Assembly: GCF_022539665.2 (NCBI RefSeq) | Contig: NC_081331.1 | Span: 8,618,001 to 8,682,000, forward strand | Origin: Daphnia carinata | Lineage: Eukaryota | Direction: 5' to 3' | Length of the DNA stretch: 64,000 nt | Shown: one piece after another, positions 62,616 through 64,000 of the stretch | How positions within the stretch are numbered: position 1 is the first letter of the stretch | Layout of the letters: each line of letters starts with the position of its first letter | The notes under the pieces: generated by a model | Database searches by the model: none | Told to the model about the DNA's origin: nothing | The model's input: only the letters and a program-made list of their open reading frames with translations | Program-made: the position numbers and the translations under genes

Positions 62616-63574
62616 ATATGGATTATTATATACTTTTAAAAAATTGGCTTAGTAAAAAAAATAGCTTGCAACATTGTCTTTAACGTTCAAATTCAAATTT
62701 AAATTCAACAAACTAACAAAAAAATGAATTTCAGGGAAAATGACCATATTGACTAAAGTTCAGATATGTATAAAACTAAGAAAAAAATCATGTACAATAA
62801 TATCTGAAAAATTTATTGGAGGAAAATGAATGCAGTCCATTTTGCGCTGCAGGGGGGGGGGTTCCATTTGTCGTAAAGTGTACCGTTCGTTGGATTAAAT
62901 TTTATGTTTCATTGTACAAAATTTTTACCCAATCAATAATTAGCCCTGTGATAAAAATTGCTCTTTTCTATTACTGTGTGCTTTCTATATAGCATGTAAA
63001 TTTTCAATGAAAATTTGAGTTTGTTTTACAATTTTTGATAAATAGAATACCGATGTAAACGATAGCGGATTTCTTGGTAGTTGGAATCCTTGGTTATTAT
63101 GATGCACGTCGGAAAAAGCAGTCCGCAGTTTACCCTGCTGGTCCGCCCTTTCCCACAGTGCACTAATGAAACAGCCCGCATTTTACGCGTTAATCCCCGA
63201 AAAATCGAAAAAAAATTTTTGGCCCAGTCCGCAGCCAAAAATCCGCAGTTTACCTAGTCCGCGTCTGCACTTTACTCTGCCCCGAAGTTTGTGCTACAAG
63301 GTCCGTTTAGCAACACTAGCAAAATCATTCCTACTTCTTTGCATAATTGTAATCTTACTTGGCTTTTCTCTATCTAGAAGTCCATGTCTGTGTAAGTAAC
63401 TCAAAAATACATGACGTGAGCTGATATTACACTAATCTAACAGCAAAAAATTTGGGTACATGGCTTACAAGAAGTATGTGTTAAAAAAAACTAGATTTTG
63501 TGCTGTTTCGTGGTTATCCATGAATAATCTCATTATCCGTCTTTAAACAGGAATCGTACTGAAATTTAACGAGA

Positions 63575-64000
63575 ATGACAAAGAAACGTGCTTGCGTTAT
63601 CGTATTAGGAGATGTAGGGAGGAGCCCAAGGATGCAGTATCATGCCTTGTCACTAGCAAAAGAAGAATATGATGTGGATGTTGTAGGATATAGCGGATCA
63701 TCCCCTTATTCGGATGTTTTGTTTTCTTCTAGAATTTCATTTCATTTTATGAAGCAGCCTCCAGTGTTTAGTTACAGTAATAGAGTTTATTTGTTCCATC
63801 AGATTTTTTACTTGTAATTTTTTTTTAGTTCTACCGAAGTTCATCTCCTACTTCCTCAAAGTTATTTGGCAAACCTGTTTCTTGGCATGGATTCTCTTGT
63901 GGATACCGAAACCAAATTTCTATCTTGTCCAAAACCCTCCGTCAGTTCCTACATTACCAATTTGTTGGTTGATTTCCAGACTTCGTAGATCTCAGCTTAT
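63575..64000 (+). CDS. ALG1: Chitobiosyldiphosphodolichol beta-1,4-mannosyltransferase, 5' part (runs off the window)
   Basis: Exon 63575-63776 has the signature VLGDVGRSPRMQYHALSLA. After a 52-nt GT-AG intron, the exon from 63829 reads LPKFISYFLKVIWQ...LVQNPPSVPTL. Confidence 0.95.

Overview
This is eukaryotic, intron-rich arthropod DNA. The many 50-115 nt introns, the gene set and the miR-137 variant suggest a branchiopod crustacean such as Daphnia (inference). Bases 1-24 kb are essentially non-coding and contain a clear miR-137 hairpin (7.25-7.33 kb) plus probable non-coding host-transcript exons. Three minus-strand genes follow: a complete 10-exon membralin/TMEM259 gene, a complete 12-exon Wsck receptor pseudokinase, and an orphan coiled-coil gene of about 785 aa with an intronless CDS. 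From about 39.7 kb, and densely from 44.9 to 62.6 kb, there is a zone of decayed and mobile DNA. It holds an unprocessed TAO-kinase pseudogene, a deleted duplicate of the coiled-coil locus, P-like, Tc1/mariner-like, Harbinger-like and hAT MITEs, solo LTRs, a dead hAT transposase, a decayed LINE and the 5' part of a BEL/Pao-like LTR element. The 5' end of ALG1 starts at 63.6 kb. No CRISPR array, rRNA or intact tRNA was seen. All family assignments come from motif recognition by eye, not database searches. I cannot demonstrate a new biological system; the best speculative leads are listed under findings.
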